From NCBI GenBank assembly GCA_963794525.1, contig CAWCEC010000002.1:25364-89363 (forward strand): a stretch of 64,000 nucleotides of DNA, given 5' to 3'. Source of the stretch: an uncultured Chloroflexia bacterium (GTDB taxonomy: Bacteria; Chloroflexota; Limnocylindria; Limnocylindrales; CSP1-4). A program made the translations under genes and the position numbers. Below, piece by piece: positions 46,650 to 55,424 of the stretch. The notes beneath the pieces were generated by a model, which worked only from the letters and a program-made list of their open reading frames with translations, did not search any database and was not told the DNA's origin. Each line of letters starts with the position of its first letter. Positions within the stretch are counted from its first letter, which is position 1.

Positions 46650-47789
46650 TCAGGTTCCTTTCGGTATCACGCCCTGGCGGATCGACCGCTGCGCGATACC
46701 GCTCGCATCGACACGGTCGGCCCCGAGGAACGTTCGCATCCGCTCGATGCCGCGGGCGAACGCTTGGATGAACCCATCATCGGTGGCGAGTGCGTCGTCT
46801 TCGAGCCACAGACCCAGGATCGCGAAGGTCGACGCCGCGCGGTCGAACCGGCCGTCGAACCGTGCCACCAACCGGTCATCCCACAGGACCGGGAGCGCGT
46901 AGTAGCCGAACTTGCGCTTCGGGGCCGGCGTATAGACCTCCCAGATGTAGTCGAAGTCGAAGAGCGGTTTGGCGCGTTTGCGGGCGCTCACCGGATCGAG
47001 CGGCGCGAGGAAGGTGGCCTCCTGGGTGGTGGTCGTCTCCTTGGGCTTCCAGCCGCGCGGGACCCGACCGGCGGAGACCGTCTCGATCGCCTCCCGATCC
47101 TCCGCGAGCGCCCAGCGGGGACCGCGCCAGCCCTCGACGGTCAGCTCGACGAGCTCGCCCTTCTCGACAGCACGATCACGCCAGGCGATCGCGGCCGGGC
47201 GCCCGCCCTTCTCGTAGATCGTGTAGGACGTCCCGGTCACGGCTGAGATGCCCTCGAATGCGACGTGCTTGCGGCGCATGAAGTCGTCGGTCTCGGCGTC
47301 CGACGCCTCCTCGAGCAGCTCGGGCGGCACGATCGACTCGGTCAGCGCGTAGACCCGCTCGAACCGCTCACGGTGGTGGACCATGGCTTCGCCAACCCGC
47401 CACAGGTAGTACAGCGCAACCGCGCTGTCCTTCCGACCGCGATAGCTGTCGGTCCGCTTGCGGCTCGCCATCGTGAAGTCGCGGTTGGCGATGGTCCCGC
47501 GCTCGGCGAGCTCCTTGCGCATCTCGACGATCGTCGCGTGGTGTTCGTGCTCGACTTCGCGCCAGTGGCCGTTCTGTCGTTCCCTGCGCATGAGATTGCG
47601 CCAGTACGGCAGCTCGTCGATCGGCCGGACGGCGAGCCAGCCACCCCAGTCGAAGAACCGCCGCTTCTCGTAGGTCAGGCGTGCCCAGTCGTCAACCTGG
47701 TAGTCGATGACCCGGCTGTGGAGCATCAGGTCCTGGGCGCGGGCCATGATCCCGAGCGGATCGAGCTGAAGATGCTCCATCGCGCGCAT
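46650..47789 (-). CDS. winged-helix DNA glycosylase YcaQ/AlkZ-like (DUF1006) protein, N-terminus probably truncated by a frame error
   Basis: ORF 46650..47789. The in-frame upstream 37 codons (to 47900: ...ARQTARRFILGRQGLWPGRRWRGLSGTERA) look like genuine family N-terminus but contain no start codon. A GTG at 47890 lies in another frame. Confidence 0.78.
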   Translation of the reverse strand: MRAMEHLQLDPLGIMARAQDLMLHSRVIDYQVDDWARLTYEKRRFFDWGGWLAVRPIDELPYWRNLMRRERQNGHWREVEHEHHATIVEMRKELAERGTIANRDFTMASRKRTDSYRGRKDSAVALYYLWRVGEAMVHHRERFERVYALTESIVPPELLEEASDAETDDFMRRKHVAFEGISAVTGTSYTIYEKGGRPAAIAWRDRAVEKGELVELTVEGWRGPRWALAEDREAIETVSAGRVPRGWKPKETTTTQEATFLAPLDPVSARKRAKPLFDFDYIWEVYTPAPKRKFGYYALPVLWDDRLVARFDGRFDRAASTFAILGLWLEDDALATDDGFIQAFARGIERMRTFLGADRVDASGIAQRSIRQGVIPKGT

Positions 47790-47952
47790 GGCTCGCTCGG
47801 TGCCGCTGAGACCCCGCCATCGACGGCCGGGCCAGAGGCCCTGCCGCCCGAGGATGAACCGGCGGGCCGTCTGTCGAGCGAGATATCCACGGTCCGAAGC
47901 CTACGTCGGCGATCTCGTCGCTGAGCGACGAGATCGCCGCTAGGCTGTCGGC

Positions 47953-48348
47953 ATGACGACCGAATCGAACCTCCGCGACATCGCGGACGTGCCGGCTCGC
48001 GACGTGTGGGGCGACACCGTCCAGGCGCGGGTGATCGTCGGGAACAACGCCAGTCTGGCTGTCGTGGAGCTCGGTCCGGGCGCGATCGTGCCGGAGCACC
48101 GCCACGAGCACGAGCAGCTCGGGCTGTGCATCGAGGGGTCGATCACCTTCACCATCGACGGCGAGCGGCGATCGCTCGGTCCGGGTGGGACGTGGCGGAT
48201 CCCGTCGAACCTGCCGCATGACGCGGTCGCGGGGCCGGACGGCGCGGTCGTCGTCGACATCTTCGCGCCGGTCCGTGCCGATTGGGAGGCGCTTCCCCGC
48301 TCGGAGCCGCGGTCGCCGCGGTGGCCTTCGACCGCGACCGAGGCCTAA
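47953..48348 (+). CDS. cupin-domain protein
   Basis: ORF 47953..48348. GAIVPEHRHEHEQLGLCIEGSITF...WRIPSNLPHDAV. Confidence 0.82.
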   Translation: MTTESNLRDIADVPARDVWGDTVQARVIVGNNASLAVVELGPGAIVPEHRHEHEQLGLCIEGSITFTIDGERRSLGPGGTWRIPSNLPHDAVAGPDGAVVVDIFAPVRADWEALPRSEPRSPRWPSTATEA

Positions 48349-49271
48349 CGCAGCGCGGCGGCGAGCGTCAGCTGCTCCGCGCCCGGCGGGCGGGGCCGGA
48401 CGTCTTCTGAGTCGGGCGCCTGGCGGGGGCGGCGGTCCGCGATGCCGTGCTTCTTCGCCAGCTCCCTGACCCGCTGCCGGACGGGCTCGACGACATCCTT
48501 CGCGACATACGCGCGGCCTCGGTAGAGCTGTTCGTATGTCGGCAGCAGCTCGGGCCAGTCGCGCGCCAGGTTCTCGAGAAAGTGCTCGCGCGTGCCGGGG
48601 CGCAGGTACAGGACGTTGGCCCAGACCGCGGTCGCACCGGCGTCACGGGCCGCGCGGATCACCTGGGCCATCTTGCGCGGGTCGTCAGACAGGCCGGGCA
48701 GGATCGGCGCCATGCCGACGCTGGCGTCGACGCCCGCGTCGATGAGCGTGCGGATGGCCCGCAGGCGCTGCCGTGGGGCCGCCGTGCCAGGCTCCGTCAG
48801 CCGCCAGATCTCGGGATCAAGTGTGGGGATCGAGAACGTCACGCCGACCTTGACGCGGCGCGACGCCTGGGCGAGGAGGTCGACGTCGCGGACGATCAGC
48901 GGTCCGCGCGTGATGATCCCGAAAGGCGTCGACGCGTCCATGAGCGCCTCGATCGAGCCACGGGTCAGCCGGAACCGGCCCTCTGCCGGCTGGTACGGAT
49001 CGGTCGCCGTGCCGACGACGACGTGCTCACGCTGCCACGACCGGCGGCCCAGCTCGCGTCGCAGCACCTCGACGATGTTGGTCTTGACCCGGATCGACGT
49101 GCCGTACCGGGCGTCGAACGGCCGATCGGCGACCTTCTCGAACGCGCGGACGAAGCAGAAGGTGCATTGGTGGACGCAGCCCATGTACGGGTTGAGCGAC
49201 CACTTGAAGCTCATCTTGCGCACGCAATTCAGAGCGGAGCGGCAGGGCTCGTCGCGGTAGGTCGGCCGCAT
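48345..49271 (-). CDS. Rv2578c-type radical-SAM protein (COG1533 'DNA repair photolyase'/SplB-like)
   Basis: ORF 48345..49271. CxxxCxxC cluster motif GCVHQCTFCFV. 308 aa. Confidence 0.88.
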   Translation of the reverse strand: MRPTYRDEPCRSALNCVRKMSFKWSLNPYMGCVHQCTFCFVRAFEKVADRPFDARYGTSIRVKTNIVEVLRRELGRRSWQREHVVVGTATDPYQPAEGRFRLTRGSIEALMDASTPFGIITRGPLIVRDVDLLAQASRRVKVGVTFSIPTLDPEIWRLTEPGTAAPRQRLRAIRTLIDAGVDASVGMAPILPGLSDDPRKMAQVIRAARDAGATAVWANVLYLRPGTREHFLENLARDWPELLPTYEQLYRGRAYVAKDVVEPVRQRVRELAKKHGIADRRPRQAPDSEDVRPRPPGAEQLTLAAALR

Positions 49272-49284
49272 GGTGGCTTCAGTA

Positions 49285-49300
49285 TAGAACTAATGTTCTA
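49285..49300. promoter_or_regulatory. LexA/SOS-box-like palindrome TAGAAC-TAAT-GTTCTA overlapping a -10-like TATACT
   Basis: GAAC-N4-GTTC core with matching flanks, 14 nt upstream of ATG 49271. On the coding strand the right half runs into TATACT, which ends 9 nt before the ATG (near-leaderless transcript). Confidence 0.6.
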
Positions 49301-49326
49301 GATCGTCTCGTCATGCCGAGCGCGGG

Positions 49327-49457
49327 CGCTTGCTGTTCATTCGTGAGGCGACTACGGATTCGCCTGGAGGGGCGATCTCCTTGCTGTGGAGTCTCCCGGC
49401 GAATGAGCAGGAAGCGAATCGGCCAGATCGTGCCTCGGCTAGTCGCCTGAGGACTAG
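49327..49457. other. about 130-nt element of nested inverted repeats (candidate structured RNA; strand unknown)
   Basis: CGCTTGCTG (49327-35) / CAGCAAGCG (49449-57). AGGCGACTA (49345-53) / TAGTCGCCT (49439-47). ATTCGCC (49357-63) / GGCGAAT (49398-404), or alternatively GCGAATCGG (49412-20). Competing local hairpin CTAGTC...GACTAG (49438-56). Confidence 0.35.
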
Positions 49458-49515
49458 GCAGCAAGCGTCCGGCGGCGGGGTCCGCCGCGGGCCGGGTCGC
49501 GGGCGGGTCGCCGCG

Positions 49516-50436
49516 TCAGCCCCGGCCGGCCGGCGCCTTGCGTGCCTCGAAACCCAGCTCGCGTGCCTCCCGCACCGTCAGCCGCTCCGTCCGCTTCCAG
49601 GTGAACGCCGTCGCGATGGCGTCCCACACCGGCCCGAGGTCCCAGTACGCGCTATGCGACCGCGGGAAGTCGCGGCCCGAGTGGACGCGCAGGTCGACCA
49701 CGCTGGCCAGCCCGTCGCTGCGCCGGAATAGCGGTTCCGCCACGAACGACAGGAAGTCGCGGCTGTCGTAGATGTTCAGCCACGGGACGGGGAGATGCGG
49801 CGGGTCGGCCTCGTCGTACGGCATCGATGGGATGGCATCGAAGGCGTACAGCAACGGCGCCTGCGAGCCCACCGTGACGCAAGCATCGACCGGCGCGTCA
49901 GGCCAGGAGGCCAGCAGGTCGACCAGCGCGATCCCGCCCAGGCTGAGCCCGACCGGGAGGATCGGCTTGCCGCGGGCCGCCCGCCGAGCCTTCTCGAGCT
50001 CGTTACGCAGCACCGCATGGATCGACGCGCGGTGCTGGTGATAGCCGATGACATCGGCCAGGAGCTGCGCCCCCATCGTGTCGAGCAGCGCCTCGCGCCG
50101 GCCCTCGAAGTAGTTCGTGACGAGCCGGAGGACGCCTGCCCGGCCGACTCCTGTCGGCAGGCTGGCGAGCGAGATCGGCGTCGGTCGTGCCTGGCGGTAG
50201 AGCGCCTTGCGCCAGTTACCCAGGCGCAGGCCCGATCGACGCCGCCACTCTGGCGCCACGACGCGGACGTCCCATCCGTGCCCGCGGATCTGATCCTCGA
50301 TCCGGGCGAGGTTGCGGGCGAGGCCCTCGGACGTCTCGTTCGCGCCGTGCACGAAGAACAGCAGCCCGCTCGGCGGCGGAGGCGGCGGTGCGGTCCGCTG
50401 GCGGGCGGTTGGGCGTGCGGTTCGTCGGCTGGCCAC
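49516..50436 (-). CDS. alpha/beta-hydrolase-fold protein (lipase/esterase-like)
   Basis: ORF 49516..50436 (GTG start). LLFFVHGANE, nucleophile elbow GLSLGG, later D and H candidates. Confidence 0.7.
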   Translation of the reverse strand: MASRRTARPTARQRTAPPPPPPSGLLFFVHGANETSEGLARNLARIEDQIRGHGWDVRVVAPEWRRRSGLRLGNWRKALYRQARPTPISLASLPTGVGRAGVLRLVTNYFEGRREALLDTMGAQLLADVIGYHQHRASIHAVLRNELEKARRAARGKPILPVGLSLGGIALVDLLASWPDAPVDACVTVGSQAPLLYAFDAIPSMPYDEADPPHLPVPWLNIYDSRDFLSFVAEPLFRRSDGLASVVDLRVHSGRDFPRSHSAYWDLGPVWDAIATAFTWKRTERLTVREARELGFEARKAPAGRG

Positions 50437-50523
50437 GCCCTGAGGGTAGCGCCCGGAAACCGACGGGATGCGACGTGACGTAGGGGAGGTTGGACCCTAG
50501 CGATACCTGGAGGAGACCACCCG

Positions 50524-51069
50524 ATGACCATCGACCCGCGTCGATCCCTGTTGCTCCCTGTCCTGCTGGCCGCGACCGCGGTCGTGGCCGCCTGTTCGAG
50601 CGGGGGTGGTGCCACTGCGGCACCCTCGGTCGCCGCCCCATCCGTCGCGCCGTCCGAGGCGCCCTCGGCGGCCGCTTCAGAAGCTCCATCAGCCTCGGCT
50701 CCGGCCGCCGCTGCCGCCGAGATCGCGCTCGCTGACAGCTCGCTCGGCCAGATCATCGTCGACGGTGAGGGCAAGACCCTGTACATGTTCCAGCCCGACG
50801 AGGCCGGCACGCCGACCTGCTACGACGACTGCGCGACGGCGTGGCCGCCGCTCCTGGCGGACGACGCGGCGTCGGTCACCGCCGGCACGGGCCTGGATGC
50901 TGCGAAGATCACGGTCGTCGACCGGACCGACGGCGGCAAGCAGGTCAAGTACGGGAACTGGCCGCTCTACTACTTCGCCAATGACGCCGCCGCCGGCGAC
51001 GTGAACGGCCAGGGGCTCAACGACGTGTGGTACGTCGTCGGGGCCGACGGCGAACCGATCAAGAGCTAA
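50524..51069 (+). CDS. lipoprotein of the COG4315 / 'secreted repeat' (Yx(FWY)xxD) family
   Basis: ORF 50524..51069. Lipobox VVAACSSG, Ala/Pro/Ser linker, then GKTLYMFQPDEAG...CYDDCATAWPP and GNWPLYYFANDAAAGDVNGQG repeats. Confidence 0.82.
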   Translation: MTIDPRRSLLLPVLLAATAVVAACSSGGGATAAPSVAAPSVAPSEAPSAAASEAPSASAPAAAAAEIALADSSLGQIIVDGEGKTLYMFQPDEAGTPTCYDDCATAWPPLLADDAASVTAGTGLDAAKITVVDRTDGGKQVKYGNWPLYYFANDAAAGDVNGQGLNDVWYVVGADGEPIKS

Positions 51070-51133
51070 GCCAACCCCGGGGTTCGGGGGGCACGAGGCC
51101 GGCGGCGCGAGCCGTCGGCCTCGTGATTTGCCG

Positions 51134-53239
51134 TCAGGCAGCCTCGTTCGAGGAGCTCGCTGCGAGTCGACGCGTCAGCTCATCGCGAGCGGCCACCGCG
51201 GCCGGGCTGCGCTCGACTGAAGCGTCGCTCACGTCCACGCCGGCGCGCTCCGCGAGCAGGATCGCCAGCAGTGCCTCGAACACACCGCCGCCCATCGGCA
51301 TCGGGGAGCCGTCACGCCCCCCATCCGTGGCGCCGTGGCCGTCGCGTGACCCGATCACGACTCGCGGGACGATGTCGACTCCGGCGTGCTCGATCGCCTC
51401 GGCGAACCGCGCCATGACCTGCTGCGTGAGCTGGTAGCGCGGCCCACCGTAGGCACGGACCTGCTCCTCGGTCGCCATCGCCTGGGCGATGCCGACGCGG
51501 GCGGCCCGCTCGGCCTCGGCGCCGGCCAGCGCGGTGATCCGGTCGGCCTCGCCAGCGCCGAGCAAACGGGTCTGCTCGGCCTGCGCCGTCGCCAGCGCCG
51601 TGATCTGCGCGGCCTGCTGCTGGGCACGTGCCAGGTCGGCACGGCCCTGGTTCGACTGGATGGCGATCGACAGCTCCGACTCGGTGATCGTCGCCTGCTG
51701 CTTGGCGCGCGCCTCCGCTTCCCGGAGCTCGCGCTCCTGGACCGCCGCCGCCTGCTGGCGGCTGTACGTCTCGACCTGCTCGAGTGCGACCTGCCGCGAG
51801 CGAAGCTGGGTCAGGATCGTCTCGAGGTCGGTCCCGCCACGGCCCTCGGTCGGCGTGCCGATCAGCACCTCCTGGAGCTCGAGGTTGTAGCGGTCGAATT
51901 TCTCGCGCATCTCGTCGCCCGAGTGGTCCTGGATCGCGGCGCGATCGTGGATCAGCTCGATCAGCGTGCGGGTCTGCGCGATGTTCTTGAAGTAGGCAGA
52001 CACCATCGGGTCGAGCGTCTGCTCGACCAGGCGCTTGACGTCCCCGAAGCGCTGGACGACCAGCGGCGCCTTGCGGTAGTCGATGTGGACGACGACCGAC
52101 AGGGGCAGGCTCGGCTCGAAGGCGTCCTTCGTGATCAGGTCGACCTCGGCCAGGTTCTCGTCGAACCGGTGCGAGCCCGTCTCCGACTTGTTCCACTTCA
52201 GGATGAAGTTGGTCGTCGGGACCATGACGATCTTGCCGGCGAACGTGTTGAAGGCGTACTTGCCCGGCAGCAACGGCATCGCCCAGACACCCCGCTCGCC
52301 GCGCTCGACGAGCTCGCCGTGGCCATAGGTGTCACCGGACAGGTCGGTGCCCGCCTCGCCGGTGTAGGACACGACGACGCCGACCGTGCCGACCTCGACG
52401 ACCGCCTTGGGGATGTACTCCACGGTCGCGAACAGCCGGTTCAGGTAGTAGGTGCCTTCGACGAGCACCTGGAGCTGGCGGCCGCGGCGACCGCCGGCGG
52501 CCAGGAACCGCTCCGGATCCTGGAAATCGTTGTGATAGGTCGCAGCGTCGGCCGGATCGTGGCCGACCGTCGGGGCGATGATCTCGCCCGGATCGAGCGA
52601 CGGGCCGTCGTGGATGGTGACCACGCCCAGCACGTCGTCGTGGCCGGTCAGCACAACGGGTCGGAACCCCTCGCGCTCGGCGATCAGACGCGCCATCGCG
52701 TCGAGCAGGGCGACCTCCGACCGCTCGAGCGCGAGCGCGTACACGCGGTCGGCGGTGATCACCACGAACTGCACGAGGTTGATCGCGTAGGTGCCCTCGC
52801 GCAGGATCCGGCGCTGTGGACCGCGCTGGCCGCCACCGGCCAGGAACGCGCTGACGTCGCCGTAATCCGCGTCAACGGGGAACCGGGCGAGTGTCTGGGT
52901 CGGCGGCAACGGCGAGCCGTCACGCGCGAACACGTACCCGATCTGACCCTGCGGGATCGTCACGAGCGGCAGACCATGGATCCGGTACTGGAACGGCCGG
53001 AAGAAGTGGAGGCCGCCGCGGAGGACGTCGGGCTGGTAGCCGGCCTCGCCGTGGAGCGCGATCAGGCCGTCCGGCACCGAGCCTCGACGGCTCCAGAGCT
53101 TCTCCACGATCCCGACGCGGTTGTTCGGGATGTAGCGGACCGATCGGGTCGCCCACGTGACGAGGAGGACCGCGAGGCCGACCAGGACGCCGGCCACGAC
53201 GGGCGCGGCAACCGACAAGACCTGCTCGATCGCAGGCAT
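51134..53239 (-). CDS. flotillin-like SPFH/Band-7 domain protein (702 aa)
   Basis: ORF 51134..53287 trimmed to ATG 53239 (AAGGAG upstream). N-terminal TM, split SPFH domain, and a long Ala/Glu/Gln-rich coiled coil (flotillin-type EA repeats). Confidence 0.85.
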   Translation of the reverse strand: MPAIEQVLSVAAPVVAGVLVGLAVLLVTWATRSVRYIPNNRVGIVEKLWSRRGSVPDGLIALHGEAGYQPDVLRGGLHFFRPFQYRIHGLPLVTIPQGQIGYVFARDGSPLPPTQTLARFPVDADYGDVSAFLAGGGQRGPQRRILREGTYAINLVQFVVITADRVYALALERSEVALLDAMARLIAEREGFRPVVLTGHDDVLGVVTIHDGPSLDPGEIIAPTVGHDPADAATYHNDFQDPERFLAAGGRRGRQLQVLVEGTYYLNRLFATVEYIPKAVVEVGTVGVVVSYTGEAGTDLSGDTYGHGELVERGERGVWAMPLLPGKYAFNTFAGKIVMVPTTNFILKWNKSETGSHRFDENLAEVDLITKDAFEPSLPLSVVVHIDYRKAPLVVQRFGDVKRLVEQTLDPMVSAYFKNIAQTRTLIELIHDRAAIQDHSGDEMREKFDRYNLELQEVLIGTPTEGRGGTDLETILTQLRSRQVALEQVETYSRQQAAAVQERELREAEARAKQQATITESELSIAIQSNQGRADLARAQQQAAQITALATAQAEQTRLLGAGEADRITALAGAEAERAARVGIAQAMATEEQVRAYGGPRYQLTQQVMARFAEAIEHAGVDIVPRVVIGSRDGHGATDGGRDGSPMPMGGGVFEALLAILLAERAGVDVSDASVERSPAAVAARDELTRRLAASSSNEAA

Positions 53240-53378
53240 GGGACACGCTCCTTGGCGTGAGCACTCGGAGCGCGACGTCGGAAGCACACCCGGCGTCGTG
53301 ACGGATGCAGGGCTGATTCTACTGCGATTGTCACGATATCCGAGGCGTAATCCGGTTTAGGAGCACGGATATCGTTCC

Positions 53379-53406
53379 GACTCCGGTGCGAGAACGCACC
53401 GGAGTC
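53379..53406 (-). terminator. perfect 12-bp hairpin downstream of the sigma/PD40 operon
   Basis: GACTCCGGTGCG-agaa-CGCACCGGAGTC, 35 nt after the stop at 53441. No U-tract (common in high-GC actinobacteria). Confidence 0.5.
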
Positions 53407-53440
53407 GAGCTTGCGAGGTCCCAGCGCGTTTCGCCTTGGA

Positions 53441-54781
53441 TCAGGGCGCCACCCGCTGGAACCCGACGACATCGATGTCACCCGGTCCCCCGGCGACGGC
53501 CTCACCGAACGCTGGGATCGGGATCCTCGCGTGGGCCGTCCTCGACACGACGTCGATGATCCAGACCTCGTTCTGGGGATCCGCGCCCGGGGTCTCGGTC
53601 GTCGCCGTGACGAACCTGGCGTCCGGTGACCAGCGCGGCGTGCGCCACACATATATCTGGGTAGGTTGGTCGATCGCCGGGTGCGCGTCGGACCCGTCGC
53701 CAGCGGCGATCATGAGCGTCGCGAGCTGCTCGCGTGGAGCGACCAGGTAGGAGATGGAGCGCCCGTCCGGCGCGAACGTCGCCCCGAATTCATGGAGCGG
53801 CGACGTCGCGATCGGACTGTCCTGCGACCCGGGCGCGAGGTCGATGACATAGAGGTCATGGGCCTCTTCCTCGCCGGCGGCGAACAAGATCGCGCTGCCG
53901 TCCGGCTTCCAATGGAAGCCGAGGCTACCGCGCTCGCTGCCGCCGATGTCGTAATAGCGCCCGGTCGTCAATCTGCGAGCGTCCGACCCGTCGGACCTGG
54001 CCAGCCAGAGAGCCTGACCGTCCGTGAAGGTCCCGGTCTCGTAGACGATCAGCGTGCCGTCCGGCGAGTAGCTCGCACCGACGGCGAAGCCGGGGTCATG
54101 CGTGAGCCGGGCCGGTGGCGTCGAGCCATCCGCGGGCGCCACATACAGGCGCTCCGACAGATCGGCCCCGTCAGCGCTGTACGCGAACAGCAGGTTCCGA
54201 CCGTCTCGCGACCACGAGGGCACCGACGCGTCCCAGACGTCGGCGGCGATCGTGACCTGGTGGGTGCCGTCGGCGTCCGCCACGATGACGCTTGCCTGTC
54301 GGGCGGACGCCGGATCGGTAAACGCCTTGAATGCGAACCTGGTGCCGTCGTGCGACCAGACAGGTTCGCCCAGGACGCGGTCGATGTCGATCAGCGGCCG
54401 GACGTCGGTGCCAGCGTCGTTGGCGCTGACGAGATTCCCGCCGACGACGTACACCAGCCGGCCGTTGGCAGCCAAGCCGTCAGGCAGCAGCGAGGGACCC
54501 GGCTGACCGACACCGATCAACAGGAGCCCCACAGCGAGGGCGATGAGGAGCGTGAGAACCGCGAGGATCGGGGCGGCGCTTGCGAGCGCCGATCTCCGCA
54601 TCGTGAGTTGCATGGGGATCCACCTTTCGGGGAGCCGCCAGGCCGGGAGCGGTCGCGTTCGAGCGGTCCGCGCGAGCGCGGCCTCTACGAGCCCGTCGGG
54701 CTCGCGCGTCGGTGCATCCACTTCGAACCAGGCGGTGAGGAGGGCGCCGACGTCGGTCGAACGCGGATCGTTCGTCGTCAT
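53441..54781 (-). CDS. single-pass membrane protein with periplasmic TolB-like PD40/WD40 beta-propeller (anti-sigma candidate)
   Basis: ORF 53441..54781. About 75-aa cytoplasmic N-region, a TM (AAPILAVLTLLIALAVGLLLIG), and repeated S(W/Y)SxDG..(I/L) blades. ATGA overlap with the ECF sigma gene. Confidence 0.78.
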   Translation of the reverse strand: MTTNDPRSTDVGALLTAWFEVDAPTREPDGLVEAALARTARTRPLPAWRLPERWIPMQLTMRRSALASAAPILAVLTLLIALAVGLLLIGVGQPGPSLLPDGLAANGRLVYVVGGNLVSANDAGTDVRPLIDIDRVLGEPVWSHDGTRFAFKAFTDPASARQASVIVADADGTHQVTIAADVWDASVPSWSRDGRNLLFAYSADGADLSERLYVAPADGSTPPARLTHDPGFAVGASYSPDGTLIVYETGTFTDGQALWLARSDGSDARRLTTGRYYDIGGSERGSLGFHWKPDGSAILFAAGEEEAHDLYVIDLAPGSQDSPIATSPLHEFGATFAPDGRSISYLVAPREQLATLMIAAGDGSDAHPAIDQPTQIYVWRTPRWSPDARFVTATTETPGADPQNEVWIIDVVSRTAHARIPIPAFGEAVAGGPGDIDVVGFQRVAP

Positions 54782-55332
54782 GCCAGCCTCCCTCCGGGGA
54801 GTCGTCCGGGACGGGCGTCGGCTTCGAGCGCAGCGCGCATCGCCTGCGTCGCCCGGTGTAGTCGTGATCGGATCGTGCCGGGCGGGTGGCCCAGGACCTG
54901 GGCCACCTCATCGAGGCGCAATCCGACGTAGTAGTGCAGGACGAGGATCGATCGCTGATCGACGTCGAGCCGGGCAAAACCGCGCTCGAGCTGATCACGG
55001 TCGGCGAGATCGAGGGATCGATCCGGTTCCGAGAGTTCGAGGATCCCGACGCTGACATCCAGGCTTCGCAGTGAGCGGTGTCGACGCGCTTCGCGATAGC
55101 ACGTCCGCACCAGCACCTGGTGAAGCCAGGCATCGAACCGATCGGGGTCGCGCAAGGCCCGGATGTGGCGCCAAGCGGCGACGAGCGCCTCCTGCGTCGC
55201 ATCCTCGGCCTGACCCTCATCGCGGAGGATCAGGCGGGCGACGGCGTAGAGCCGGCCGGCCGAGACGCGCGCCAGCTCACTGAACGCGTCATGGTCGCCC
55301 GCCATCGCTCGCTCCACGAGATCCCGATCCAT
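54778..55332 (-). CDS. ECF sigma factor
   Basis: ORF 54778..55332. Region 2 (EDATQEALVAAWRHIRALRDPDRFDAWL) and region 4 (SILVLHYYVGLRLDEVAQVLGHPPGTIRSRLHRA). GGAGG RBS. Confidence 0.9.
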   Translation of the reverse strand: MDRDLVERAMAGDHDAFSELARVSAGRLYAVARLILRDEGQAEDATQEALVAAWRHIRALRDPDRFDAWLHQVLVRTCYREARRHRSLRSLDVSVGILELSEPDRSLDLADRDQLERGFARLDVDQRSILVLHYYVGLRLDEVAQVLGHPPGTIRSRLHRATQAMRAALEADARPGRLPGGRLA

Positions 55333-55424
55333 CGGGCCTCCGGGTGATGCACGACCTGGGTGGTCGTACTACAGCCTATGAGCGGGCTGTCGCGGATCCA
55401 GTTCCGGATTCGCGCGAGTCGATG

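Noticed and set aside
49327-49457. Assignment of the structured element to a known riboswitch or housekeeping RNA class (TPP, ZTP/pfl, fluoride, cobalamin, glycine, SRP, 6S, 6C).
   Set aside because: None of the conserved core sequences I remember for these classes is present. It lies upstream of the apparent promoter of the downstream gene rather than in its leader.
49279-49731. ORFs 49279..49464 (-) and 49330..49731 (+) in the radical-SAM/hydrolase intergenic region as protein genes.
   Set aside because: They have no RBS, and their composition is driven by the nested inverted repeats. The plus-strand ORF runs antisense into the hydrolase gene. The region is better explained as a structured non-coding element.
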